A DNA stretch of 64,000 bases, from NCBI GenBank assembly GCA_000004985.1, contig GG738846.1, one strand, 5' to 3'. Shown one piece after another: positions 29,673-41,608 of the stretch. The notes beneath the pieces were generated by a model. That model was not told the DNA's origin and did no database searches. It saw only the letters and a list, made by a program, of their open reading frames with translations. Position numbers and translations under genes: made by a program. The first letter of the stretch is position 1. Every line of letters begins with the position of its first letter. This stretch comes from Naegleria gruberi (Eukaryota).

Positions 29673-30704
29673 ATGCAAAAACGAGTAATTTCTGTTGTTG
29701 TGGTTTCAATTTTAATAATAGGAGCAATTTTTCTCTATTATTCTAATCTTTCTCGGAATCATAAACAAGCCAATAATAACGTTGTCATTTCAACTAAGGT
29801 CAGAGAACAAACATCTTCACAACAAGAACCAAAAGTCATTGAAAAGATTATTGAAAAGACAATAGAAATACCAGTAGAAAAGATAGTTGAAAAGATAATA
29901 GAAAAACCGTGTGCAACAAGTCAATCCAACGATAATAACTTGTCCAAATTTTCAGAATTTTTAAAAAATGATCAATTAAAAGCAATTGAATTGACTAAAC
30001 AAATTGCTAGTGGAAATGTTAAAAATCCAGCAGTTCATTTAGTAACTCAATTATTTGGAAATATGGAAAATGATCATTATGTGGATATGTTGGCAGCAAT
30101 TCAATTAAATCTTTTCAATCCATTTGTTGAAAAAGTTCACCTCCTTCAAGAGAATGATGCAAACGATCAAGATTTAAAGAAATTAATTGGACAAGAAAAA
30201 CTTGTCATTCACATGCTAGGTCATCGTATTACAGTTGGTGATTTTATGAGATATTGTAATGAAAAATTACCACAAAAAATTGTAGGACTCATTAATACTG
30301 ATGTTTATTTTGATAATACCCTGGTTGAGTTACATAGAATGCCACATCAAACTGCATATGTTATTTCAAGAAAGGAAACTCTAGTTGGTAATAAGCCAGA
30401 TCCAATTAATAATAGAGATCAATGTGGTGGTTATCAAGGTTCACATGATGCTTTCATTTTCAGGAATAAGGATAAATTTGGAGATTCAATCATTGACAAG
30501 TTGAATAATATTAATTTGGGATATATGGGTACTGAAAATGTTATTTTATATTATTTGAAACGTGATTCTAATAGATTTAGAATTTCAAATCCATGTTATG
30601 CTGTTAATTTATTCCACTTGCATAGAAATAGATCAGAGAAGGAGGTTAAAAGAATTAATGGTGGAGGTATTTCTGATACACAGGACCCATCAGGAAATTT
30701 TTAA
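29673..30704 (+). CDS. Hypothetical type II membrane protein: N-terminal TM anchor, an EKIIEK-repeat stalk and a globular C-domain (possible Golgi glycosyltransferase-like)
   Basis: MQKRVISVVVVSILIIGAIFLYY anchor. Repeats EKIIEKTIEIPVEKIVEKIIEKP. No family recognised. Confidence 0.45.
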   Translation: MQKRVISVVVVSILIIGAIFLYYSNLSRNHKQANNNVVISTKVREQTSSQQEPKVIEKIIEKTIEIPVEKIVEKIIEKPCATSQSNDNNLSKFSEFLKNDQLKAIELTKQIASGNVKNPAVHLVTQLFGNMENDHYVDMLAAIQLNLFNPFVEKVHLLQENDANDQDLKKLIGQEKLVIHMLGHRITVGDFMRYCNEKLPQKIVGLINTDVYFDNTLVELHRMPHQTAYVISRKETLVGNKPDPINNRDQCGGYQGSHDAFIFRNKDKFGDSIIDKLNNINLGYMGTENVILYYLKRDSNRFRISNPCYAVNLFHLHRNRSEKEVKRINGGGISDTQDPSGNF

Positions 30705-30788
30705 ATTGACAATGTTCAATTAATTATTAAATAGCTTTTAAATGTGTTTATTTGTAATTTTCTCAATTGAGTTTCTTTGAAATAATTG

Positions 30789-32759
30789 TTAAAGTAAGTC
30801 ATGGTTTGGAAGGATTCTCCTCATCAATTCGAAAACATTGGTATTGGAACGTATGGAAAAGAGTCTATACATAAAGTTTCTCACTTGTCTATCAGAAAGT
30901 GGATCTTCCACAGAGGAAATAAATTGTTGCAACAATAAATTTGCAAATTGTTTGTACTTGAACTCATTGATAACATTTCTCCTTCCCAGACTAGCTTGGT
31001 TTTCACATAAACTGGTGGTCACTGCAAAGAATTTGTGTAGGGGAGTCTTGTTGTAAATTGGTAGTAAATTATTAGATTCTGAATTCAACATGTCGAAATA
31101 TGATAATGTTGGTTCCTCATTTGAAGATTGGATCTTGATATTTACCATATCTTGAATTACTTTTTCTTGATTGTGAAAATTTTCAACAGTATTTAAATAA
31201 TGTTCCCTTGATTTCATGTAGTGGTACAAAATTTCTTTCGAATTGTCCTGTTTGGATAAAAGTGGTCTAAATATACCAAATATAATTCTTGGATCTCTAA
31301 TAAGCAGATCCAAAAAGTGATCAATTATTAGAGACCACTCATTATTCAAATAAATTTCACCAAAATATGTAATCCCATTGTTTTCCTCCTTAATAATTAA
31401 ATGCCTTACCGCTTTACAAACATGTTGGAACAGTTGAGATAAATCCTGAATACTCAATTGGTCAATTTCAAAACTTTCAATAATTGAAAAATTTAAACAA
31501 TCGTGCTCCTCTGAACAACCATGATACAAGTAGGTATTCAATCGATAGGGTTTTGAATTTTTAACGAGATCTAAAATACCCACTGCAGCAATCCTTTCAT
31601 TTCTCAGAATGGTGACATGTTGTAGATCATCATCAAATTTCACAATGTAACCAAATAGTTTTTCAATAATTTTGCAAATTCCAGTAATACCCTCCTCTGT
31701 GGAAATTTTGAAATTCTCAGAAATAGAATTACTTGCCAATTCTTGCATCTCCAAATTCCAATCCCAGAGTTGAGTTGGTGTTAATTGTAAATTAGCATTG
31801 GGGTCAATGAATTTTTCTTGTAAACTTTTGAGACTTTTCTCCAATTCTTCTAATTCCTTTTCTGGAGAAATCTTGTTATAGAGGTGGAAGAAACTATTTG
31901 AATGAGAAGCTTTCACAATTTCAATTTGTTTCTTTACAATTTCATCAGTAAAGTTTTGAGTTTGGGAAATGTACCTTCTCAGAGCTAGAAATCCAATCAT
32001 TCTTATAGATCTATTTTTGAATGACAAACATCTTTTTAAATCAATTTCCAAATAATATTCTCCATCTATTGTAATTTCCCTGATCGGATTATTCTCTATT
32101 TTCAATTTTCTATTTTGTAACGAATCAAGATAGTAGAATATCAAAGAAAATCCCTTTTTTGAATAACCTAAAGTTCCAAGAAATGAAATTTTCCCTCCTC
32201 TCTCCCAATCTGGGGTGTATGGTGCATTTAGAATGATATCATCCTTTTTGACAGTGATCTTGGTGAGATTTTCAAGTTTTGCATTGGATAATTCATTATT
32301 CACTTCCAATTCCAACAATTCAAAAAATTGATTCTTCACATTCTCAGAAAAGATGAATAATTCATGCTGTGAAAGTATCCAGCGAAGAGTTTTAGCTTGG
32401 GATTGAGAGAAGAGTGCATGATCAGTTAGTACACCTTGCCTCCTCTCGAATTGTTGTAATAATTTGAGAATTTCAGATGGTTTCTCTATTATTGACATTG
32501 GATTGATGGCTTTTTGTTGATAATTAGAAGAATATCTAATCATTTGAAAATTATTTTCATACTCTCTAACAAGTTCATCAATGTGCTGAATGTGTTTGTT
32601 CAACGCTTCAGCTATTTCATTAATATCTTGTTTAATAGTAGTGGTTTTCATTAATTGTTGTTGCTGATGATGATAATAATTAAATGTATTGTAATTTTTA
32701 CCTGGTAGAAGAAGTGTCGAGAAACATCTTCTGAATTGGCAATATCGTTGTTTCAACAT
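30789..32759 (-). CDS. Hypothetical protein, 656 aa
   Basis: Long uninterrupted ORF with eukaryotic-like composition. No recognisable motif. Confidence 0.45.
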   Translation of the reverse strand: MLKQRYCQFRRCFSTLLLPGKNYNTFNYYHHQQQQLMKTTTIKQDINEIAEALNKHIQHIDELVREYENNFQMIRYSSNYQQKAINPMSIIEKPSEILKLLQQFERRQGVLTDHALFSQSQAKTLRWILSQHELFIFSENVKNQFFELLELEVNNELSNAKLENLTKITVKKDDIILNAPYTPDWERGGKISFLGTLGYSKKGFSLIFYYLDSLQNRKLKIENNPIREITIDGEYYLEIDLKRCLSFKNRSIRMIGFLALRRYISQTQNFTDEIVKKQIEIVKASHSNSFFHLYNKISPEKELEELEKSLKSLQEKFIDPNANLQLTPTQLWDWNLEMQELASNSISENFKISTEEGITGICKIIEKLFGYIVKFDDDLQHVTILRNERIAAVGILDLVKNSKPYRLNTYLYHGCSEEHDCLNFSIIESFEIDQLSIQDLSQLFQHVCKAVRHLIIKEENNGITYFGEIYLNNEWSLIIDHFLDLLIRDPRIIFGIFRPLLSKQDNSKEILYHYMKSREHYLNTVENFHNQEKVIQDMVNIKIQSSNEEPTLSYFDMLNSESNNLLPIYNKTPLHKFFAVTTSLCENQASLGRRNVINEFKYKQFANLLLQQFISSVEDPLSDRQVRNFMYRLFSIRSNTNVFELMRRILPNHDLL

Positions 32760-32777
32760 TTTTATTTTGATTGAGTT

Positions 32778-35174
32778 TTATTTACTTGTTGGATTTGTTT
32801 CCTTTTCTAATTTTTCTAAAGCTTCCTTTGCTTGTTTCAATTTTACAAAAGAGTTTTGATCTGGTGCAGGATTCTTTTTGTGAAGTGCAATGGCTTTCAT
32901 GATAGATTCTTTTGTATCTTCCTTAATATAATATTCCACAAGTGAATTGTAGGCAGAAGATGTTGGTTTTGTAATCTTATTGAAATAGGACTCTATCAGT
33001 TCACTAGACATGTTTGCTTGATGAGCATGTGATGATAGATAATAACAAGCAACAATGAGTACAAATGAAACACTATCTACTTGTTCCATTTGATTGAATA
33101 GTTCGTGAGCTTGAGCATACATTCCATTCATCTTATAAGCTCTCAAAAGTGAATTATAACTGTAAATATTTGGTTCTGACATTTCACTAATAATTACTCT
33201 GATTCTTTCATAATCTCCAACAGATGCCAAAGCTGTTAACATACTGTTATTGGCCAATGTATGTCTCTTGTCTGGCATTTGTTGATAGTAGTGTTCCATT
33301 ACTGGTAAATTCTCGCTATTGTTTGGTTTAATGGTTTTTGATAATGCTTTAAGAAGAATTGCAAAGGCTTCTTGGGATGGATTGATTAACTTCTCAAAAA
33401 TTTGGACAACCATATTAATATCACCAGTATTGATAAAGTTATTCATTAGTGCTCTGATGTGAATATCATTTGGTTTTGGCATTTTCTGTAAGAGAGATAG
33501 GGCTTCATTTGGTGGAAGGGCAGACAAGCAAATTGTCAATGTAGAGTCTGCTGGATGTTTGATAGACTTGAGAAGGGAACGCATCTTTTCAATTTTACCC
33601 ATCTCCTTATAGGTATTGAGAATGAGATTATACATGGCAGGTGTTGGATTTTGAATTTCCTTTAACAAATTTTCAGCACGTTCCAAATCATTATTCTTCA
33701 AAAATGCTTTAAGCAATGCTTGATAACTGTACTTGTCAGGAGATTCAATAGAGTTGAATACCTTCTCTGTTTGTTTCTGATCAGCGTTATCAGCAAGGGC
33801 ATCCATTAAAATATTTTTGTGGACAACATTTGGAGAAGGAATGGTATCATAGATTGTTTTAACCTTATCTAATCTTTCCTTTTCTGATTTGTATCTTTGC
33901 ATTTGATTTGAGAATGAATAGTCATTACGAATTTCAAGAGGAATGTGTTTGTAAAACTCCTCTACCTTTTCAAAAAGTCCAGCATTTTGATAGGCAGTGA
34001 GAATAATATTGTAACTTTGATGGGATGGTTTCTGAATCATCTTATAAATATCCTCAACAATCTTAATGTCTCCCTTCTTTGCATATGAATTCATCACTGT
34101 ATTATAGGCAACAATATCAAATTTAGCGTGTTGAAGAAGAGATATAACCTTGTGAGTGGACCCAATATTTAAATAATGCTTTAGAATTATATTTTGAGTA
34201 TAGGTATCAGGTTCCTTAATTTTGGAGTGAATTTCCTCAACCTTGTCACTGCCCTTTGAAATGTAATAGTTCAGCAATAAATTATATTGATAGGTAGTTG
34301 GTTTTGAGATTTTTCTAAAAGCATAATTAACTTTATCCATTCCTTGATCTGTTTTAATGAAGGATGAAAGCATAATGCTGTGATGATAATCCGTTGGTTC
34401 CTTAATTTTAGAATAAATTCTCTCTAAATTTTTAATATCGGATCGACTAGAATATTCCTGAAGAATAATTCCAAAGTGATAAATTGATAAATTATTATTA
34501 TCCATTAATTGTTTAACTAGTTCATCGAATTTCTTTTGTTGTTCAGAGAGAATGTAAATCTTGAGTAATTTACTAAATATTGTATGATTACTAGTTAAAC
34601 CTTCATCATGAAGACATTTGTAACATAATAATTCTCCTCCTTTATAATTTTCCAAATTAATCAGAGAATCAATGGCCATAGAGTATTGTGTGAGAGGAAT
34701 AATTCTTCTCTGATAGGCTTCACGAGATTTTACTTCAAAATCACCATAATAGTGAGTAAATAAATCTACTACTTTTTTATAGTCTCTATTATTGAATGCT
34801 TCCTCTAATTGTGATGTAATTTCCTTCACTTGCATGGCATATAATTTAGTAGAAAATAGATAATTCTTTAATTTATCCGATTCCAAATGTTCAATACTTT
34901 GAAATTCATGAGTATTTTCCGAAATGTTTGTATATTGATGATAAAGACAATCAAATTCTATTTGATTAAATCCTTCTTGTTTTTGATTGATAGTTGTTGG
35001 TTGTTGAAGGGAAGAAGAAGAATTATTTAATGTAAAAGCACTATGATAGTAACATCTCCCATCAAGAATTGATGACTTGTAAATGGTGTGAGGGCAATTA
35101 ACGCCATGATTACACAGAGCAAGTTTGCTACTCCTCCTACTCATTAATATTAAATTATTCTTCCTCATCATCAC
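32778..35174 (-). CDS. Pentatricopeptide-repeat (PPR) protein, probably mitochondrial
   Basis: Many ~35-aa repeats of the type YNSLLRAYKMNGMYAQAHELFNQM, YNTVMNSYAKKGDIKIVEDIYKMI and YNIILTAYQNAGLFEKVEEFYKHI. Confidence 0.7.
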   Translation of the reverse strand: MMMRKNNLILMSRRSSKLALCNHGVNCPHTIYKSSILDGRCYYHSAFTLNNSSSSLQQPTTINQKQEGFNQIEFDCLYHQYTNISENTHEFQSIEHLESDKLKNYLFSTKLYAMQVKEITSQLEEAFNNRDYKKVVDLFTHYYGDFEVKSREAYQRRIIPLTQYSMAIDSLINLENYKGGELLCYKCLHDEGLTSNHTIFSKLLKIYILSEQQKKFDELVKQLMDNNNLSIYHFGIILQEYSSRSDIKNLERIYSKIKEPTDYHHSIMLSSFIKTDQGMDKVNYAFRKISKPTTYQYNLLLNYYISKGSDKVEEIHSKIKEPDTYTQNIILKHYLNIGSTHKVISLLQHAKFDIVAYNTVMNSYAKKGDIKIVEDIYKMIQKPSHQSYNIILTAYQNAGLFEKVEEFYKHIPLEIRNDYSFSNQMQRYKSEKERLDKVKTIYDTIPSPNVVHKNILMDALADNADQKQTEKVFNSIESPDKYSYQALLKAFLKNNDLERAENLLKEIQNPTPAMYNLILNTYKEMGKIEKMRSLLKSIKHPADSTLTICLSALPPNEALSLLQKMPKPNDIHIRALMNNFINTGDINMVVQIFEKLINPSQEAFAILLKALSKTIKPNNSENLPVMEHYYQQMPDKRHTLANNSMLTALASVGDYERIRVIISEMSEPNIYSYNSLLRAYKMNGMYAQAHELFNQMEQVDSVSFVLIVACYYLSSHAHQANMSSELIESYFNKITKPTSSAYNSLVEYYIKEDTKESIMKAIALHKKNPAPDQNSFVKLKQAKEALEKLEKETNPTSK

Positions 35175-35346
35175 GAATTTCTTTTAAAAATTTAAAATAA
35201 CAAATAATTTTTAACTTCAAAACGAATTCGAAGAAATATTTGCATTGGTTTCCACCTTCTCAGCAAACCAAACAATGACATCAAGGCATTGCAAATTGAA
35301 ACAGATTTAATTATATTCACACTTTTTATGAAAATATTAATGTGTA

Positions 35347-36594
35347 ATGAAACCATTTCATCAATCAACAATATTTAAAATGCAACGAATATGTAGAAGC
35401 GCTTTGATTGTACCACTCTTGCTGTTGTTAGTATTATTTGTGATGGTGGTTCATGGTAGTGTACCACTCCTAATCGACACAGACATGGGCACCGATGATG
35501 TGTTTGCAATTCTTCATGTTTTAATGAAGAGTAGCAATAACAGCTCATTGTACTTGGCTGGTATGAGTATGGTCACAGGTATGCAATTAGACACAACCAA
35601 TTCTATCAAAATACTACAAGAATTACAGGCTTTTACCAATATATTCACAACAACAAATAATGGCAGGCCTCTACTTTTCGATACCCATGATCCAAAAGGT
35701 TTAATTCCAGCTGAAAGCCATTCCTTTTTGGAGGGTAAGTTTACGCGATGAAATCAAATAACAACAATACAAAATTTATGTAGGAGATTGGTATGTAAAG
35801 AGGTGGAAAGAAAGAGAGGAAAATTTGGATAAATTATTAGGATTGCCTCCGCTCTATGGAAATGAAACAAACTTGATGAAAGTTGTGAGCGGAAAGGATT
35901 TTACAAATGAAATGTTCAAACTTTTAAGTAATTACAGAAATGATCCAATCTCAATCTTGGCAATTGGTCCCCTCACTAATATAGCAAGATTAGTAATTGA
36001 GAGTGGTGGTCATAATTTACTGAAAGAAACAGTAAACCAAATTGTGGTTATGGGAGGGGGAGTAAATATAAAAGATACGAGTAATGAAATGAATGGTGCT
36101 GAATGGAATTTTTATTGCGACTCTATATCTGTAGAAATTGCATTGAATTACTTTAGTGGAAGAATTGTTTTGTTTGATTTACTAGTTGCTAATTTAGGTA
36201 TGTTCAAGTTTCAGTTAAATGTTTTAAAAATTAAATTGATTCAGACGTTGTAAATGATACAAATGCTCAAGATATTTTGAATTATGCATCTAAATTCAAT
36301 TACAAGACAACTTCAATTCCTCATTTCATGTCAGAATTATTGAAAATGTCAAGAGCATCTGCAACATTTGATCTTGTAGCATCATTTTACTTTACTAATC
36401 CTGAATTATTCACTTTTGAAAGCATTTGTGTTGAGATTTATACTCAATTTCCAAAACAAGGAATTATCAAACAAGTAGACTGTTCAATCTCATCACGAAT
36501 AATGGTCAAGAGAGCTGTTTCACTAAATAGAAACGCCTATTTGCAACATGTCAAGGATTTATTCACTCCCACAACATTCAAAAACAATCAATAA
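35347..36594 (+). CDS. Inosine-uridine preferring nucleoside hydrolase (IU-NH). Three exons: join(35347..35734, 35784..36207, 36255..36594); introns 49 and 47 nt.
   Basis: Signal-like N-terminus, then the IU-NH fingerprint LLIDTDMGTDDVFAI (DxDxGxDD). Exon 2 carries ILAIGPLTNIA. Introns GTAAGTTTACGCG...TATGTAG and GTATGTTCAAG...GATTCAG restore one 384-codon frame. Confidence 0.85.
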
Positions 36595-36734
36595 CAGACA
36601 AAAAGTATAACAATGATTGAATGACTTAAATAATAATTTCATTCCTAATAGTTTTACTTTATTCGTTGATAATGGAGCGTATTAGTTGTGAAGTTAAGAA
36701 AATTGGTTGAATAATAAAAATTCAATCAAAAAAA

Positions 36735-38828
36735 ATGAACACAAAACAACAAGTTTCCGTACTCTTGTCTAGAATTTGTTCTCTTTCTCAGAGAAAGAAC
36801 AAGAGACAGATTGTTTCTTCCTGTTATTCATCATCATCATCACATTTATTAAATAATTATCCATCAATAATAACAACCACAAATTCCATTTTTAAATCAT
36901 ATCATACTAGAGCTGTCTATCAAAAGGATTATTTAACAAGTACTAGTGTTTCTCTCGGAGTGGATGAAAATGGGTTACCACTCTCTCAATCTTTCCAAAA
37001 ACCAACCATTTCCTATGATGATTATTTGTTAAAATTTAGGGCTATAGAGTTGGGAGAAATTGAAGCAAACCAAGAGACTGTAAAGGAAATGTTCCTCTAT
37101 ATTAAATATGATAGAATTTCTGGTTTATCACACCGTTCCCGTGAAGAAATTGAGGGTCTCTACAAGTATGCCTTGTTAAATTGTTACAGATTTGAATCTT
37201 CCTTTGACAGATCGTTATGTGCACAAAATTTATTTGACAAATTAATGGAAGTATTGTTCCAAAGAGAATTGAAGGAGTTTGACATGTCTTTGCTCGAAGG
37301 AAAGGTTCACTTAAAGCCTGAAGATGTCATTCCAGTTGTTTTGAATGATACAAACATTTATTCAATTCTTATTGATATTTACACAGAGAATAATTTTCCA
37401 GAACAAATTTTTGAACTTTTTGGATCCATGAAGAGGAATTTTTACATTTTACACAAACAAGAGGAAATTTTACAAGGTGTTTCAACCATTGAATCATCAC
37501 CAGTTGAAGAACAGCTAACAATTAGTGTATCAGATCATCATGAAGAAAATGACAAGATTTATGTGAGTGAGGAACATTTGCAACAAGTTATCAATATTGA
37601 AATGGAACACATTTATGAACCAGAGGAACCAAAGAAAGAGGCCTCAAATTCCTATGTTTCAATTTTGGATGCTCCAGAAGACCCTAATGACACAGATGTT
37701 ATTGTTGAAAATTTTCCAAGACTTTCTGCCAAGTCTTTCAATCAATTAATTGATGCTTGTGCTTATATTGGTAAAATTAAGGATATTTATCAACTCTTAC
37801 TATTCATGATTCATAAGAATATCGAATTGAGTACAGAAACTCTGAACAAAACTATCAAGTCATGCATTCCATCAGGATCTAGTTATGAAGCTCTCAAATT
37901 ATTCGACATGATTCGTCAACATTCTGAATCAGTCATTCCTAATATTGAAACTTGTAAGCTTTTACTTGAAGCCTGCTTTGAAGCTGCCGATGAGCACAGC
38001 TATAAGGATATTTACGATGGAATGAAACAATTGGTAGTTTGTGAAGAAAATAACATTACCGAGATTGACTATGAAAATGAACTCTTTTTCACCTATTTGA
38101 AGTGTAAGTGCACTTCATCAATTCCTTCCTCCTGTAAAGAAGCTTTGCAAAATATTTTCGAATATGAAAGCAAGATTGGAAAGAAGGTTGATATTAGTTA
38201 TTATAATCTTGTAATGGAAGCTTGTGCTAGAATTGGTGAAAAAGAAACATCATTACAAATTATGAATCTTACTCTCAAAGAATATGGAGCTATGAAAGAA
38301 TTACAAGAGGCTGGAACTTCACAAGTCAATCCACAACAATATCTCCTCCCAACACTTGATACATTTAATAATTTACTCAAAGCATTTAGTTTTGATGGTG
38401 ACAGAAGAACAGTAGATCTTTACAAGCATATTAAGAAAATGTGTAGAGAATTATTTAAACCAAATATTCAAACCTACAATGCTATTATTGCAACTGAAAT
38501 CAAATTAGGTGATGTAGTTAGAGCCAAGAAAATTTTGAGAGAAATCAGGTCACGTGGATTGATACCAAACATTACATCATTTAATCAGTTATTTATTGGT
38601 TATTATAAGACTGATTGGGAGCAACACATGAAAGAATTCAGAGAAAAGGAAAGAACCAGTGTTTTCAAGACTTATTTCGAAAAATGGGAAAAGGAACAAA
38701 ATGCTCTCAAGAAATCACAAGAAGAAACAACTAAATTTGATGATGCTGTTGGTCAAGCTGTTGATGAAATACTTTTCGACAAGACATCAGAAGATCCATT
38801 GAAACCAAACACCACAAAGGAAGAATAA
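36735..38828 (+). CDS. Hypothetical helical-repeat (PPR-like) protein, possibly mitochondrial
   Basis: PPR-like units (FNQLIDACAYIGKIKDIYQLLLFM; YNAIIATEIKLGDVVRAKKILREIRSRGLIPNITSFNQL). Basic N-terminus. Confidence 0.45.
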   Translation: MNTKQQVSVLLSRICSLSQRKNKRQIVSSCYSSSSSHLLNNYPSIITTTNSIFKSYHTRAVYQKDYLTSTSVSLGVDENGLPLSQSFQKPTISYDDYLLKFRAIELGEIEANQETVKEMFLYIKYDRISGLSHRSREEIEGLYKYALLNCYRFESSFDRSLCAQNLFDKLMEVLFQRELKEFDMSLLEGKVHLKPEDVIPVVLNDTNIYSILIDIYTENNFPEQIFELFGSMKRNFYILHKQEEILQGVSTIESSPVEEQLTISVSDHHEENDKIYVSEEHLQQVINIEMEHIYEPEEPKKEASNSYVSILDAPEDPNDTDVIVENFPRLSAKSFNQLIDACAYIGKIKDIYQLLLFMIHKNIELSTETLNKTIKSCIPSGSSYEALKLFDMIRQHSESVIPNIETCKLLLEACFEAADEHSYKDIYDGMKQLVVCEENNITEIDYENELFFTYLKCKCTSSIPSSCKEALQNIFEYESKIGKKVDISYYNLVMEACARIGEKETSLQIMNLTLKEYGAMKELQEAGTSQVNPQQYLLPTLDTFNNLLKAFSFDGDRRTVDLYKHIKKMCRELFKPNIQTYNAIIATEIKLGDVVRAKKILREIRSRGLIPNITSFNQLFIGYYKTDWEQHMKEFREKERTSVFKTYFEKWEKEQNALKKSQEETTKFDDAVGQAVDEILFDKTSEDPLKPNTTKEE

Positions 38829-38921
38829 ATATATTCTCACTCTAATATCATTAACATAGGATGTTTCAAATCAAACTTGCAAGAAAAAGTTGTTTTAGTG
38901 TAAATTGTCGATTTAAATAAA

Positions 38922-38957
38922 GGCGCCATGAGGTTTACTGAAATCTACCCGCCAAAA
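38922..38957. promoter_or_regulatory. GGCGCCA plus CCCGCCAAAA motifs ~100-125 bp upstream of the 39049 gene
   Basis: aaaGGCGCCAtgagg ... ctaCCCGCCAAAAttgc. Confidence 0.3.
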
Positions 38958-39048
38958 TTGCAAAAAACTTATCAAAAAAATTAATCAAACAACAATACGA
39001 GTGGGATTATCAACACATTGAATTATATTTATTTTCATTCATCATCTA

Positions 39049-41501
39049 ATGAGAAAGGCATCACTCACCAAAGATACTACCATACTTCCAAAAGTTCATG
39101 TTTCAGCAAGTGGGAGAAAGGGGTCTGTCAGCGCAAAGGCAGCCCCACCTTCAGAATTTTCAGCATCAACATCCGATACAGTCAAACAGGCTGAAAAAGC
39201 TCTCCCTCTCCCGAATATTAGAAACAAATCCCCAGAATCTCTCTCCCTCTCCTATGAAAAGGAATTAAGAATTGAAACACCAAAAACTGAGAAGGCCATG
39301 TTTGAAACTGGTGCTTACGGAATGGTGGATCTTAGACTTCCAACCAAACAACAACCTTCTAGTCCTCTAACAAAAACAATGCGGTCTCCTTCAAAATACA
39401 AAAGTCTTTCATTCAGTTTGGATATGGAGGAAAGGGATAACTATGACAGTTCTCTATTTTCTCAGGAATTATCATCTTTTACCCTCTCTCATAATCAAAT
39501 TGTTGAATCGTGCTGGGATTACCTTCACCAAACTCCTTCCAGTGGAGCTCCAATGTCTAGCGAGCAAGCCAAGGCTCTCTTTAGTTCTTTAAGCAAAAAG
39601 AGAGAAGCAAAAGAGAGTGATGTTTACGATGACATTCAGAGTATTATCTCGTCAATGAAATGTGAGGAAGAAAGGCAAGAAATTGACATTGAAAATGCAA
39701 AGAAAAAGGATATTTCAAAGAGGAAACCAAAAAAAACATCAAGTGTAAGAAAACAAGTTGACGAAAGATTGAAAATATTGTATCATAATCCAGATGAGTT
39801 GGAAAGACTTGAAAAGGACATCTCTCATTATGAGAAACACGCTAAGGAAATTGAAATGGAGAGAAAGGCTCATTCCATTTATGTACAAAGAAATAAGAAA
39901 GTTCCAGAAAATTTCAAAGAGATTAGAACCCAACACTTGAGACAGGAAGTAAGTTTTTGGAATACAAATTCTAATCATTTAATATTTTGTAGTTCAAAAA
40001 GCGTGACGAAAAAATAGCTCAAGCAAAGGGAAGAAAGGAACAAATCACAAAAGAGTTCCAGGAACGAAAGGAAAATTTGGCTTTGAAAGATGAAAAAAGA
40101 AGACAACTTGCCGAATACTTTAGAATGGAAACTGAGAATAAGGCTAAGGATGCAGAAATGTATTCTAAATGGTCATTTTTGGTTTCTCTATTATCAAGAT
40201 TTTTAGTGTTTGCAAGAGAACTCTTGAGAAGAAGATATCTCAGAAAAGAAGAGGAAAAGTTTAAGCGAGTTAAGAGGATTGCCTACACCAAATTATTACC
40301 AGTCATTTGGGCCAAGAGAAGCGAAAAGTGGAGACAAGCTTGGGATGTTTTCAAAAAGTAAGTTCAAGCTAATTTATATCATGTTTACTATTGAAATAGA
40401 CATTGGATTTTCTATAGATTGTGGATTGGTGTCAAGAAGAAGAAGGAGTCAACTATGATTATTAAATCATTCTTAAGAGAAACAAATATGTCCTTTCAAA
40501 TTGTCAGACAGGTTCACTTGTTTTGGAGTAAAGTGATTAAGGTGCAAAGATTTTTGAGAAAGTGGCACCAAATCAAACAAGCTCAAATCATGGTTCAAGT
40601 TCTCCAGTATTCAATAGTCGAAGCTAAAATGTTAAGAGGTATACCATTAAAGGGTGAATCCATAGCTGAAAACCCAAAAAAGAAAAAAGTGTTTGGACGA
40701 AGATTTTCTGGTCAGTTAACTTCAGCATTACTGAGGGAAGAAAGTAAATCTAACTCAACAACACCAATACCTACCGATGACCAAACAGATGAAAAGGAGG
40801 ATAAATTCAGATTCAAACTTCTCAGACTTACATTGGATAAAAAGAAGGAAATTATTTACTCTGATCTAAAGCAGAGAAGAAACGATTATATTACTGCCCA
40901 AAAGATTTACAAGAACAAACTTCAACAATATGACAGAAGAGTCCAACAGTTAATGTACATTCTACAAGCCAAGAGTGCTCTCAGCGGTGGAGATATGACA
41001 ATAGATCCTTCATCAATTAGAGACGAAAACGGTGAAATAATTGAAAAACCAAAACCTCCATATCTCAAAGTAATTTTGAGTGAAATTGAAATGAAAAGAT
41101 TGGTCAATATTGGGCAAAAAGAGCTCAAAGAAAAAGAAGACAAAAAGAGGCAGAAAATTCTGGCCAATTATGTGGAATTCAGTGAAAAACAAAACGAGTT
41201 GGATAAAAAGAGAGAAAAATGGGAAAACAAAGTTGCAAGTGGATTTGAAGAGATGAAACAAGTTCTCGGGTCATTTCTTGGATTTGAGCAATTATTATTG
41301 TCTCCATTCGAATCTGAAAAGAAGCCAACTTCAGTTACCCCAGTTGATCCGAATGGTAGTCTCAATTCTCTTAAGGGTGGTATTTCTCGCTCCTATAACA
41401 GCAGTCCTATTGTTTCAAAACCTCCTCAACCACCAAAGAAGAAGCCAACCCTTTCAAAGATTGGCGTTCAAAGTTCCACCACTTTAACAAAACGATTTTA
41501 A
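39049..41501 (+). CDS. Hypothetical coiled-coil protein with IQ-like basic motifs. Three exons: join(39049..39948, 39993..40357, 40400..41501).
   Basis: Three consecutive ORFs joined by 44-nt (GTAAGTTTTTGG...TTTGTAG) and 42-nt (GTAAGTTCAAGC...GAAATAG) introns, giving one 789-codon frame (...HLRQE|FKKRDEKIAQ...; ...DVFKK|HWIFYRLWIGVKKKKE...). IQ-like VIKVQRFLRKWHQIKQ. Confidence 0.6.
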
Positions 41502-41608
41502 TTATTCTAGTAAATATTTGAAATATCAAAATTGTTAACAATAAATATTTTTATTTAGCAATTTCTGATCAGAAACTTGTTGTTTAAATACAAAAACAAT
41601 GTCATTGT